Assembly: GCA_020891255.1 (NCBI GenBank)
Contig: BQFW01000007.1
Location: 2,418,001-2,482,000, forward strand
Length of the DNA stretch: 64,000 nucleotides
Source: Entomortierella parvispora E1425
Lineage: Eukaryota; Fungi; Mortierellomycota
Reading direction: 5' to 3'
Each line of letters starts with the position of its first letter. Within the stretch, counting starts at the first letter, position 1. The position numbers were made by a program, and so were the translations under genes. The notes under the pieces are model-generated. The model was not told where the DNA came from. It was given only the letters and a program-made list of their open reading frames with translations, and searched no databases. Below, piece by piece: positions 13,596 through 25,265 of this stretch.

Positions 13596-13952
13596 AGGGA
13601 TTGTGAGAATCAAAACACCCCCAACCCCCCCTCATCCTCGCACTCATTAGTTTTGTATTATTTCCCCCCCTTCTCTTGTTCATTCATTCATCATCACCCT
13701 CTTCAATAAAACGAAGTTTGTATCCAAGATCAAAAAAAATGACCCTTGACCAAAGTACCAAAGTTGCTTTGTTTTCCATGCAGCCTGTTCGTTCCTCTGT
13801 TCTCTCTATTCTCATCACCTGCACTTCCAAGAGGAAATGGAATCCATTGTCGTTTTTTTTTTTTTTATTTACTTTGACTATTAAGTGCCTCATAGTTGTT
13901 GAATACGAGATCAATCCTGGACCGCGGACAAAATTACTTCTTCCTTCATTGT

Positions 13953-16900
13953 TCAAGCCCTTGTGACGAGCGAGTCTTGAAGCTGGTCCAGCATCTTGGT
14001 CAGCATCTCGTTCTCGCCCTTCAGCCTATCGTTGTTGGTCTGGAGAAAAGATGAATAGAATGGTTAGGCCTGTGTTTTTGCCAGTAAACCTAGGCCCGAT
14101 TTCCGATCTGAATATTTGATTGTTTTTCTCTTACCTTGAACTCCTCAACCTCCTTGTTCAGGCGCTGAACCTCCTCTTCAATAGCCTTGGTATCTTGAGC
14201 TTTGGATGACACCACCTCGAGCTCCTTGACCTTGGTCTCCAAGCTCGAGACACGTTCTTGGTGCTCCTTGTCCTTGGTCTGAAGCTCAGTCTCGTAATGG
14301 CTCTTCAATCCGGAGAGCTCCTCCTCGTGTGACTTCATCACACCAGCCAAGCGGCCCTCGTGGTCTTGACCGTGCTGCTCATGCATCTTGGTCATGTTCT
14401 CCATGTTGGCCCTAGTCAGCTCCTTGAGTTCGTCCAACTGCTCCTTGTGGTTGGCCGCAAGGGATTCCAGGGCCTGGGTATGTTCCTCCTTCCACTGAGC
14501 CTCCTTAGTCTCGACTGAGTTCAAGGCCTCGTCGCGTTCTTGCTGCATCTTGGTCAAGTTGGCGCGAATCGTCTCCAATTCCTTCTCCAACTCCTTTTGA
14601 GCCACAGACAGCGTCTCCTCCTTGTGGGCAAGGGCCTCGCTCAAAGACCTCTCATGCTCGACGCGAAGGTCTTCCAGCTCCTGAATATGAGCCGCAGATC
14701 TGGACTCTGTATCGTTCAAGTTGGCAGCCTCATGTGTGGCAATCAAGTCTTGGAGCTCAGCCTTGGCAGCGTGGATCTGCTGATCAGCCTCATCCTTGGC
14801 ACTCTGGAGCTCGCCCTCGAGTCTAGCCTTGATCTGCTCTGCATTTTCAAGCGCTTCCTTGGCAGCCTGCTCAGCCTTGGCCAGCTGTTCCTCAAGATCC
14901 TTGACGGCCGAGGCATGCAACGAGCGGAGGTCCTCGATCTCCTTTTGGCGGGAGGCCTCCAACTCCTTGCGGTCGCCCTCGAACGTGCTCTCGACCTGCT
15001 CCACAGCCTTTTGAACCTGCTCGTTGGCTTCCGTTTGGAGCTCCTTGACTCGGTTCTCGTGCTCGACAATCAGCTCCGCGATACGGTCCTCATAGCTGGT
15101 CTGAAGCTTCTTCAACTCCGATGCCTGTGAGCCATTGACTTCCTGCACCAACTCGGAGAACTTTGCCTGCACCGCATCCAGCTCCAACTGCATCTTGCCC
15201 TAAAATTTTAAGAAGGACATCGATCGTGTTAATGAAAATGCATTGAAGTATGAAGTATGTTTGGCACATCGGAGCACATTAAATTTACCTTTGTGGTGTT
15301 CTCCAGTGTCTGGAGCTCCTCAGCATGCGAGGCCTTCAATGCTTCAAGCTCGGCCTCGTGGGCGGCCTTGAGAGAGTCAGCGCCGGCTTCAACGTTGGAT
15401 CGGAGAACAGAGATCTCCGCCTCGTACTTCTCCTGCACCGACTTAAGCTCGGTTTCAAGCTCAGAGACGCGCGTTGAGTGCGTCTCCTGAAGACTCGAGA
15501 CTTCAGACTGGTGGGTACCACGGAGAGTCTCAAGGTATTCTTTGTTCTCCTGATCAATTTTCTCCTTGAGGTCTGCCAACGCCTTGGAATGTGTCTCTTG
15601 CAGTGCCTCAATTGCACCAGACTCAGCGCCAGCACGATCATTCAACGCAGCAGTGTGGGCGGCAAGGATCTCGTTCAGCTCCTTGGTGTGACGTTCGCGC
15701 AATTCAGACTACAGTAAAAAAAAAGAGACATCACATTAGCGAAGGCGCTTAAGCTCCAATGTCCCGGGAGTAGAAGTAGGTTGAAACTACAAGAAAACAT
15801 ACCTCGGCCTGATCTCTTGCTTCGTCAATCTTTTCTTCATACATCTTTCTGAGAGCCTCGACTTCTTCGCCGTGCTCGACCAATTGCTGTGCAAGCTCAA
15901 CCTGATGGGCCAGGCGAAGCTCCTCGAGATCCATTCCGTACTTGTCCTTGATATCATCCTCGGCTCCAAGACGCTCCTGTCTAGCAGCCTGAAGTTCAAT
16001 CTCGAGACTCTGAAGCTTGTCCTCATGAATACGATTCAGCTCCTCCAAAGAGGAAGAGTGCAGAGCCTGCGACTCTTCAAGCTTTTGGCGGTACCCAGCA
16101 ACCTCCTCATACCTCTTGGCGTAGTCGGACAACTCTTGGTGAAGCGAAGTCAACTCAGCCTCCTGCTCTGCAGTCTTTTCGGACTGTCTGTCAATAAGCT
16201 CCTGGATCTTTTTCTCGTTCTCAAGTCGCAGAGACTAGTGGTTTGGATTCGTGAGGTGGACAGACGAACGAAGGAGTCAGATGATGTCCCTGTGTTTCCA
16301 TATTTTTCACTCGGCTGATTTTTTTTCGAATAGCCCCAGATGTGTCCGCTTACCTCAACAAGTCCGCTCAAGCTCTCAATCTCGCTCTTGAGACTGGCAA
16401 TTTCTTGCTCCTTGGCAGCAATCGCCTCCGCAACAAAAGCTTGACTCTATCAATAAGTACAGAGGTGTGGCGGTGGATAAAACACAAAAAATTAGTATGA
16501 AGGCAACTGTATCATGAGTCTGAATGGCCTGTGGCCTGGTGCTTGTCCGCCTGTTCCAGCGCGTGCACTTTTGTACAACAAGCCTGCCCAAATCAGTCCC
16601 GCATCCACGCAAAATATTCACATGGATGTCTCCTGCCCTGTAAGCTTACTTTCCCGCTCATGTCATCCCCCGACCTCGCGCACCAACAATACGCGCGCTC
16701 TCCCACCACCTCAAAAACTTAAAACATCCAGGGCGCTCCCATGTTGGTCGTTGTTGGACAAGGTCAACAAAGTAACAGAGAACAAACTGAAATCAAGATG
16801 AGATCCTGCCTCTTTCTCCTCTGTAACCGTATTTCCTGAGCTCGTGGCGTATTGTTGTTGCACTTGTCTTTTCTTCTCCTTTTTTCGGTGGACATTATCT

Positions 16901-18128
16901 GCCGAGCGCTACTTTACCTGTGCCTCAATCTTGGAGAGATCAATCTCTGGGACCACAGTCTCTCCGCCATCACTCGAGACGGTATCAGCGATAGCATCCG
17001 CCTGTGAACTGGAAGCATGCTCCAATTGACCCCGTAGGACCGACAACTCTTCTTCCTTGACCTTGAGCTGCGACGCTGCGTCCTCGTACTACACAATAGA
17101 TAAAAAAAGCCTCATTGACAATTAGAGAACATTCCTCGTAAAGGTTATGAACACCGTACTGCCCTGTTCCAATGATTTACCTTTTGGCGCACCATGACCA
17201 GCTCCTTCTTCAGCTCCAAAGCTTCGGAGCCTGTGGCAGTACCTGCAGAACGGACTGAACGCACGCTTCCTGGAGGCGAAACTCCTCCAGAAGTAGAAGT
17301 TTTAGAGGCGACTCCAGCCCTGGGCGACGCAGATCCAGTCGAAGAAGCGACAGAGATTCGCTTGGCTGCAGGCGAGGTTGTGGTGGTTGAAGTGACAGGC
17401 TTGGTAGCCGCGCGCGCAGGTGTGGGACTGATAGGCTGTCTTGCGGCGCGAGCAGCAGGAGTGGTCGCAGTCGTGGTGGCTGCTCTTGCAGCACCTGGAC
17501 TGACAGCTGGCCTCGTCGTCGTGCGAGTAGGAGTTGTGGCAGTCCTGGCAGCAGATGTGGTTGTGGTGGGCTTGGTCACGGTACGAGCCACTGTTGGGCT
17601 TACTTTAGTACCTGTAGCGCTCGCAGTACCAGTGGCCGTAGTCCTCTTCAGAACTGGAGTTGTGGCACCAGGTGCGACTGGCTTCTTCACCGTGGACGAG
17701 GCTCCGACTGCAGGGCGTACGGTGGTCGCGGTTCTAGCCGTGGTTGTGGTCGCTCCAGCGGGTCTGACTGGGGTTGTTGCCCTGGCCTTGCTGGCTGCCA
17801 AGTTGGCAGCACCGGCGGCACGACGAGCTGCGACCGAGGAAGCCGCTGTAGGACTCTTGCCTGGGCTGGTGGGGGTCCTGGCTCTGGCGATAGGGCTGGC
17901 AGGGGTCGAGAGAGCAGCGGACTCGCTCCTGCTGACACTGGGACTGGCAGGCACGCTGCCAGTGGCCTCAGAGGCGGACGCGTCGTGCTGGCTGGGGGTA
18001 CCAGGGACGCTCTCCTCGGCGGCAGAGTGCTCGCTGTGGGGCACAGAGCTTGCAGGCTCATCCTTCACCTGGGATGCATCTACAGGACTGGCAGGGGCGA
18101 ATTCAGGGGCGTTCTCGACATCGGCCAT
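13953..18128 (-). CDS. Uncharacterised long coiled-coil protein with an N-terminal Ser/Thr/Pro/Ala/Arg-rich disordered region, multi-exon
   Basis: ATG at 18128 (MADVENAPEF). ORFs 17145-18200, 15749-16153, 15229-15702 and 14090-15193 are joined by GT-AG introns. The last exon TNNDRLKGENEMLTKMLDQLQDSLVTRA* ends at 13953. Confidence 0.8.
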
Positions 18129-19064
18129 GGTTGGGATGATTTGCAGATGAGAGCGAATTGAGGGAGAAAGAGAAAAAGTGAGCGAGTGCGGGTAGGACAC
18201 GGGTCTGATTCACAAAGAAAACACGACTCGCACGCGTCAATGAGGCAGGTGGATGGGATGGAGAATGAAAGAGAAGAGGATGAAGGATGCGCGGGAAATA
18301 AAAAAGAAAAGAAAGAAGAAGAGGATCAAGAGGACGATTGGATGGGGATGGACAACGGAAGAAGGGGGAGAGAGAGCGAGAGAGGAAGGAAGGAAGGGGG
18401 AGAGGGAAAGAGAGTAGGAGGAGGACCAGGCTCTCGTCTCTTTTTTTTTTCTTTGTCTTTTTTTCAGTTCTCGATGCTCTCTTCTTCTTCTCTCTTTTTC
18501 CCTCCGGATCACCGTCACCTGGACAGCCAGGCCAGGACAGGGATGGCAGAGAGCGTCAATGCAAGATGGTCTGATGTGGGAAGGACCACAGTGAAGGGAA
18601 GGGCTAGCATGGATCATTGGCCGTGTGCTGTCGTGGGACCATGCCTCGTCCATCCAGGAGAGGCGGAGGAAACGGCTCCTTTTTATCTCTCTCCCTTACC
18701 AAAGTGGGCGTGTCATGCTGAGCAACTTTCCTCTTTCCCATTCTCTCTTCCCCTCGCAGCAACATTCTTTATTTGTATTCGTCTCAGGTGGGGTTCTCCC
18801 AACGGTACGTCTGCATGCTGCTCTTGCTCTTTGTCCAGTGCAACGGCCTCTTTTTTGTGTTTTTTTTATACATATTTTTATTTCCCTCTTTTCCCGCCAC
18901 CGCGTGGGTCAGCATGGTTCCAGAGTGCATCGATTCGTTCTTGTCATTCTCTGTGGCCATTCCGCTGGTGCCTGAACTTGAAAATACAAGAAACCACGAC
19001 GAGCTGCCTCCTCCTTCCAAAACTTTCCCCACCCCTTTCATTTTTCAACGGGGGATCATCCCAT

Positions 19065-20343
19065 CTACGGCTCAGATGTTGGGGTTCTCTTTCGGAGCAC
19101 CACTTCGACACCATTGCGCGAGAACAGCACAATATCCCCAAACGGGTCCGCCTTAAATCCAGGCGCTGCCTTAATTTCATATCGCTGCAGCAGACGCGTC
19201 AACGTCAAGTGAGCAGTGGTGTATGCCAAGTTTTGGCCCAGACAAATGCGGGGCCCGGCATGGAAGGGCACAAACATGAAGGGCTTAATCGAGCTCACTC
19301 TGTCCGGTCCCCAGCGATCCGGATCGAACTCAAGAGCATCCTCGCCCCAGTATTCTGTCATTCGATGTGTCGTGTAAGCACTATAGCAGACTGGTGTTTT
19401 GGGCGGAATGTAGTATCCATTGGGCAAAACATCCTCCTCCACGCTCTGTCTGTTCAATTTCATAACACGAAAAGTAAATCGCATTAGTACGTGGGATTAC
19501 ATCCGCTGCGATGCTCCTTTCATGAACTCAGCGGCGTACCTCATGTTAAACGGCACCGGGGGACAAAGGCGGAGAACCTCGTTCAAAACTTGCCGCTGAT
19601 ACCTGTTTGAACAGAAAGACGATTAGATCCAGATTCAAAACTTGATTGACCACTTGCTGTCTGTCGGGGTCATATCAAGAATTCACTCACTTTAGCTTCT
19701 TGACGTCGTCGTACTCAGGCTCTCTGTCCAGTCCAACCACCTGTTCGACTTCATGATGCAATCTCTCAAGGACCTTGGGGTGCTGCGTGATATGCAACAT
19801 AGTGAAGGACAAAAGCGAGGCCGTCTAATTCACGTTACAAAGAGCACCACGAGTTAGGTCTACCAAATCATCAAGAGGAGATACGGCACTTCACCTGATC
19901 CCACTTACGGTATCTCTACCAGCAATCAAAAAGTTGAGCAACATGTCGCGAAGATACGTCTTGGAGAGGACCTCGTTCTCTTTCTGATAACTCAAAAAGT
20001 GATCCAATAAAGTAGCGTGCTTTTCTTCCCCATCTTCATTATCCTCTCCTGAGGCTTTCTCCGCGAGACGCTCTTCCTTTCTTGCGATCGCATTGTCAAT
20101 GATCTTGTAAACAAAGTTGTCCAAGACCTTGATCTCGCGCAGGAATCTCCTCTTGGGTACTAAAAGACGCCAGATTGGGACTCTAAAACGCCAAGCTGTG
20201 ATCGTTTGGGCATAGTTAAAGGCCCTGGAGAACTCAGAGTGCTCCTTCTCGAGCGCATTCACGGTCTCACCAAACAAAAACTCGGAGGCTTCATCCAATG
20301 TAAACCTGCAAAAAATGTTCTACAAAGATTCAGGTGTTGCCAC

Positions 20344-20384
<41 letters not shown>

Positions 20385-21117
20385 TTATATGTAGCTTCTA
20401 TGCCTGCCTGACAGAGAGAAATGAGATGTGGTCCAAATCCCTCAGTCATACCTGAATATTCAGCGGGGTATCGGGGGACGTGTCAATATGTCTGTCAAGG
20501 ACTTTGATGAGCTGGTTCACATGTTTGTTGATTAGAGCTGCGTCCTTGAACTCGGATGTTTGAAAGTGGGGTCTAGGTGGTCACGAAGTACATGCAGCGC
20601 TTTAGAATCCACTGGCAACACAAAGACAGACAACCTCTCTCCCTTTCCGTGAGAAAAGTAAGGAAACGATCGCCCATTACCTTGCCAATTGACGCTGTGT
20701 TTTCCAAGTATCTCCGTCCGCGTTAAAGATACCGGACCCCAAGAACTCGTGAAAGATGGCATTAAACTCGGGACCCTTCTCGTAGTTGGGTTGATGCTTG
20801 GCCAAGATGTGCTGGATGCTCGAGGGCTCGGTGACAATGATAAAGTCTTGATTGAGTCCCCTCAAGTTGACCGTATTCCCCAACTCTAATGCTATCTTTC
20901 GCAGAACCTCAAGCTCGTCTGCTCCGGCCAGAGTGGAGAGAACGTATATGAGGGCCGCGTCGATCTGAAAAGGGAGGTACGTGCGAGGAACGGGGATCGG
21001 GATGGAGTTTTTCTCCAGCTCGGTCTTTGGCTTTCGGGTCGACTGCTTGAAAGCATAGGCCAGTGTGGTCGCGGCGATCGTCGAAGCGAGGAAAGTGGCT
21101 GGGCTAAGGGAGGGCAT
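19065..21117 (-). CDS. Cytochrome P450, CYP52-like (alkane/fatty-acid omega-hydroxylase clan), multi-exon
   Basis: N-terminal anchor, LGSGIFNADGDTWKTQR, NIQ|NIFCRFTLD, I-helix LNFLIAGRDT, K-helix EVLR, FDPDRW and heme motif FHAGPRICLG. Confidence 0.93.
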
Positions 21118-21851
21118 GTCTCCAGATTACGAGCCGATTCGCGTTGTGAATGGAATGAGAGAATGGAAAGATGAAGAGCTGAAAATGGAAGCAAGAAATG
21201 AGGAACAATGGAGAAATGGAGGACAGAATAAAAAGAGAGGAAGAGGGCGGTGGGCTCGCACGCGACATCTGTCTGTCGAGATTGGCTGCAGTCCAAGGAA
21301 GCAACTCGGAGGACCGTCCGCGCAGAGGGCACGATCGCCAAGGAAGACCTCTGCCAGCCAAGTTTGGGAAATGATTGCTAATTGCCCGGGTCGTTGCGAG
21401 CCGACGAGAAGGAAGGACGACGCAACGATGAGGATGGACGCGGAAAATGGGACAAGGGCTCTGCCAAAAGGGGCATGCGTGCTTTGTTGCCACGCGTTCC
21501 GGAAGATTTATCGCAAAGCGACAATTGAAGCAGCCGACCGATCAAAGAAAAACTAAACCGCAACAGAGTCCAAAGTATGAACCTGGTGGCTGTGGATGCC
21601 AGCCCAGGTGGTTGCCGGATCCTCCCTGCGGGGGGTTTGTTGAAAATCCTATCCAGGGTTCTTCCCTAAAACATTCCCACGTCTGCGACCATGGCTATGA
21701 CGATCATGGTGTCTTGCGCACCTCTCAAAACTAAATTTTCGTTTTCGAGAAGTCGGCGATCCTCGCTTCCTTATAAGTCTTCACCCCTCTTTGACCTCCA
21801 ATGTTCCCTACCCATTCGCCCGAAATCAGAAGACCATCCTTCATTCTTTCA

Positions 21852-22504
21852 ATGCTCCACAAGAACAGCCACTCTTCGATTGTGTTGACCATCCTGGTCC
21901 TCATTGCTGCAGCCTCTTCAGTCACAACCACCGCGTCCGCGGCCGCAGCTCCCCGTTACCTACGTCAGCGACATCTCGTCAGATTGGTGCAGTGTATTCA
22001 GCACCAACTGTAAACAACTCCAGAAGGAGCAATTTGATCCTTTAGGCAAATCCTACCACTGGTACTCCTGCTCCTCAATCTTCTCGGGTCCAGCAACGTC
22101 TACTCTTACGTTAATGGTCAATGCACATGTACGGTCGAAAAAGACAGTAATAACAGGACTCGAGTCGAGTGGTGGACAATGGCAAGGAAGCCCTTCGTCG
22201 AACAGTTGCATGTAATTAGAGTGGCCGCAAAAGGATAACAGGGCACAAAGACGTTTGCCGATGCTAAGTTTCTTTTTCGGAAACCGAAACTTTGAATGAC
22301 TTAGCCACGAAAGAATGTGGAGGCAAGAATGGAACGTCAACAACGTCTCCTTCAGTCACCACAAGCCTGATTCCTACTACCACCTCCGACGCCATTACCG
22401 TCCCCACTTCTACACCCACACCCACTGGTGCTGCGTCCTCCTTCAGTACATCGATCTTGGGCATGGTGCCACTATCCTTGGCCATTCTGTGCCTAACTGT
22501 CTAA
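21852..22504 (+). pseudogene. Small secreted Cys-containing, Ser/Thr-rich GPI-anchor-like protein with apparent frameshift(s): pseudogene or sequencing error
   Basis: The signal peptide (ATG 21852) is in one frame and stops at 22013. The Cys segment VTYVSDISSDWCSVFSTNC is in the +1 frame. The last exon has a T/S-rich stalk and hydrophobic tail (SILGMVPLSLAILCLTV*). Confidence 0.55.
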
Positions 22505-22737
22505 TGCCTCCTACCTCTTCGAACATATTAAAAAAAAGACATGATATTTATTGTACCATTGGTGTGGGTATGCTTGTTTGATTGCTGTTTTGCTTTGCTT
22601 TGCTTTTAAAGTACATAACTATGAATGGGAAAACAGAAGGTTTTTTTTGTCGTCCCTTACCAACAAAACAGGGACGTGAAATGAAGAGTCGACGGTGTTA
22701 TGGTAAAGTATGGTAAAGAGATGTTTCATAAATTCAT

Positions 22738-25265
22738 TCATGGCTCGCGCGTCAAGAGTGACCCCCAGCGAACAATCTTGTTGCTGGCGCGCTTCAATGC
22801 CTTACTCGCCGAGTTGTGGGCAATTCGATACTGCAACTTTTTTTGATTGTGGCCAAGGGCATGACTGGCACCGCTTTCGATATTGCTTTTGCTGCCGCCT
22901 TGGAGGATCCTGTTTGCCTTGTTGCCATATGGATAAGGAACCATAATGGATTTGGCCTTGGTTCCAGCAGCGTTGTAAGGACGCACAGGGAGATGACCGC
23001 CAGTGCCGCCTGGCACAACCCCATCATCATCTTCATCCGTCAGATCCGAATGGTCGTCGGATGAGATCATCTCACATTGAGCTAGAAAATCCGTTTCAAG
23101 GTTCAAGGATTGACTCCGACGAAGAAACCGTGCGTCTTCTTGGTGCTGTCCTCTCCAGTACGGCAGTTCCTCGTCCTCAAACTCCCCAAATTGCTCCTCC
23201 AAAAGATTGTCTTCGCTTGTGAGCATAGCCAAACCGTACGCGCTCAGGGGTCTCGACAAAGACACTCGAGTCGTTGGTGGAAACTGCATGGAGCGCCTGG
23301 CCTCTCGCGACGACTGAGGAGCACCTGTACACTCGAATTGGTTTGGAGAGAGGGGTTGATCGCGGTGCATGGAGAGACGGCGAGCAGCGTCAAAGGCTAA
23401 GCGCCTTGGGTTCGGCATCGTCCCCATGACACTGTGTCGTCGCGTCGATTGGTCTTGTTGTGGCTGCTCTTCTTTGGGCTCTTGCTCTCTTGGGGAGGGA
23501 GTGACTTTAGTTGTGGAGAGGTTGTCGTGCTGTTTGTAGACGCGTCGTGTAATGAGGGATTCCTTTGAGTTCAGACTCTCATATCGCTGTGGGATAGGCT
23601 TGGAGATCGCGGCAGAAGCTGAATCTGGAACTGAAGGTGGGACTGTAGAGGCGATCAGAGTGGGAACTGGACTCTCCTCGCGCCTCAGGCTTTGAATCCT
23701 CTGAGGAGGTGTCGGAAATGGGTTTGTAAGAGAAAGGAGCGAGGAGAGTTGTGGTGTTGGCGGTGATGGAGGCATGGGGGATTCCGAGAGAGGATCTTGC
23801 TGCTGCTCTCGTTCTGACTGCTGCTGTTGTGATTGTTGCTTTGGATGTTCATCCAAGATCAGGGCCCGGAGTTGTGATTGCGGGGATGTACCTGGACGTT
23901 CATCGTTGGCATAGATTGAATTTGGTTCCTGGCGCATCATGGCCTGTGTGAGCTCCACGAAGACTTTCATTTTTGGAGTTTTGGCCATTCGTTTCAAGAC
24001 GCTCATATATCGTAGGAGAACCATGTCGGAGATCTGATAGTGTAATACCACCCTGGCTGCAAGACCGCTGCCTGACATCTTGATCCCTTCTTTAGCTAGC
24101 TCGGCAATGAGCTCGTCAACGGTAAAGCCAGCGTCCGTGGTATCGATCCAAACCATGTTTGTTTCAACGGGATGTGTCACTTGGCAACCAACCTGCAAAA
24201 ACGCTCTTGCAAGCCAACGTGCCTGACGATGAGTTTCTACCATGCTCTCCCAGTTGGTCTTGAGACACCAGAGCGCTGCCTCCGCCAGGAACCCAGCTTG
24301 CCGCCATCCGCCGCCAAACAACAGACGGAAGTGACGAGCCTTCTTGATTGTCCGATCGCTTCCGACCAAGATAGAGCCGATGGGGGCCCCAATACCCTTG
24401 GACAGACAGAGAGAGACAGTGTCGAAATATGAACAGTATTCTTCCATGGAGATGCCCGTTGTGACACTTGCATGCCAGAGGCGTGCACCATCCAAATGGA
24501 GTTTGATGCCATGTTCCAGGGTCAAAGCCCGAATACGGGCAATCTCAGTTAGAGGCATGATGGTTCCGTTCAGCGTGTTCTCAAGCGAAATGACACGCGT
24601 GGGTGCGTAGTGGACATCAACATCGAGAATCAACCGCGAAGCCACATCCTCGGCCGTTATGTATTCACCATTCGAGGGCATCACGGGATAGACCGCTGCT
24701 TGAGAATGAAAAGAGATCCCACCGGCTTCATAGTTGAAGACGTGAGAGCGAATGTCAACCATGGCGGATTGTGGTGGGTCGCAAAGGTGAACGCGAAGAG
24801 CCAATTGGTTTGTCTAATAATAAAGGAGCCATGGACGAAAAGAGGGGAGAGGAAGCACAGTCTGTTAGCTCTCAATAAGAGACCCTCTTTGTCGAAAAGT
24901 CAGCACAGGAAGTAGAGAATTCACCATTGTCCCTGATGAGCAAAAGAGAGCTGCATCGTGCCCACAGAGATCGGCTACTTGTCGTTCGAGTCGCTTGACT
25001 GAATCATCCTCGTTATAGACATCATCTCCAAGGGAGGATTTCATCATCTCGGCAAACATCTCTGGCGTTGGTGCCGTTGCTAAGAACAGGCGCGTATTCG
25101 TAATAAGTTGTACTCGTAAGTTGTGGTGATATCTAAAGATGCAGGGCTGCAGGGACGCTGCAGAGAGTGAGGTACTTCAACATTTACGTGAGTTGCAGTA
25201 CCTGTGTCGCTTCTGAAATCTGCGTAGGGCAGGGGATTGACTGCTACTCTTGTTGGCTTTGACAT
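22738..25265 (-). CDS. GLY1: Low-specificity L-threonine aldolase with a ~330-aa low-complexity C-terminal extension, 3 exons
   Basis: DFRSDT|VTAPT, GDDVY, LFCSSGTM|TNQLAL, SLENT, LHLDGARLW, PLP-lysine motif CLSKGIGAP and GGGWRQAG. Confidence 0.9.

Noticed and set aside
12261-13613. 450-aa (and 221-aa) antisense ORFs opposite Hsp70
   Set aside because: Long antisense frames are a known by-product of strong codon bias in hsp70 genes. They have no independent motifs.
17194-18150. 318-aa hydrophobic ORF on the plus strand
   Set aside because: It is the antisense shadow of the T/A/P/R-rich exon of the coiled-coil gene.
18186-19487. 433-aa plus-strand ORF
   Set aside because: It runs through low-complexity promoter/UTR sequence and antisense to the last P450 exon, and has no recognisable motifs.
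19065-25265. Secondary-metabolite cluster around the P450 and aldolase
   Set aside because: There is no backbone enzyme, transporter or pathway-specific regulator nearby.
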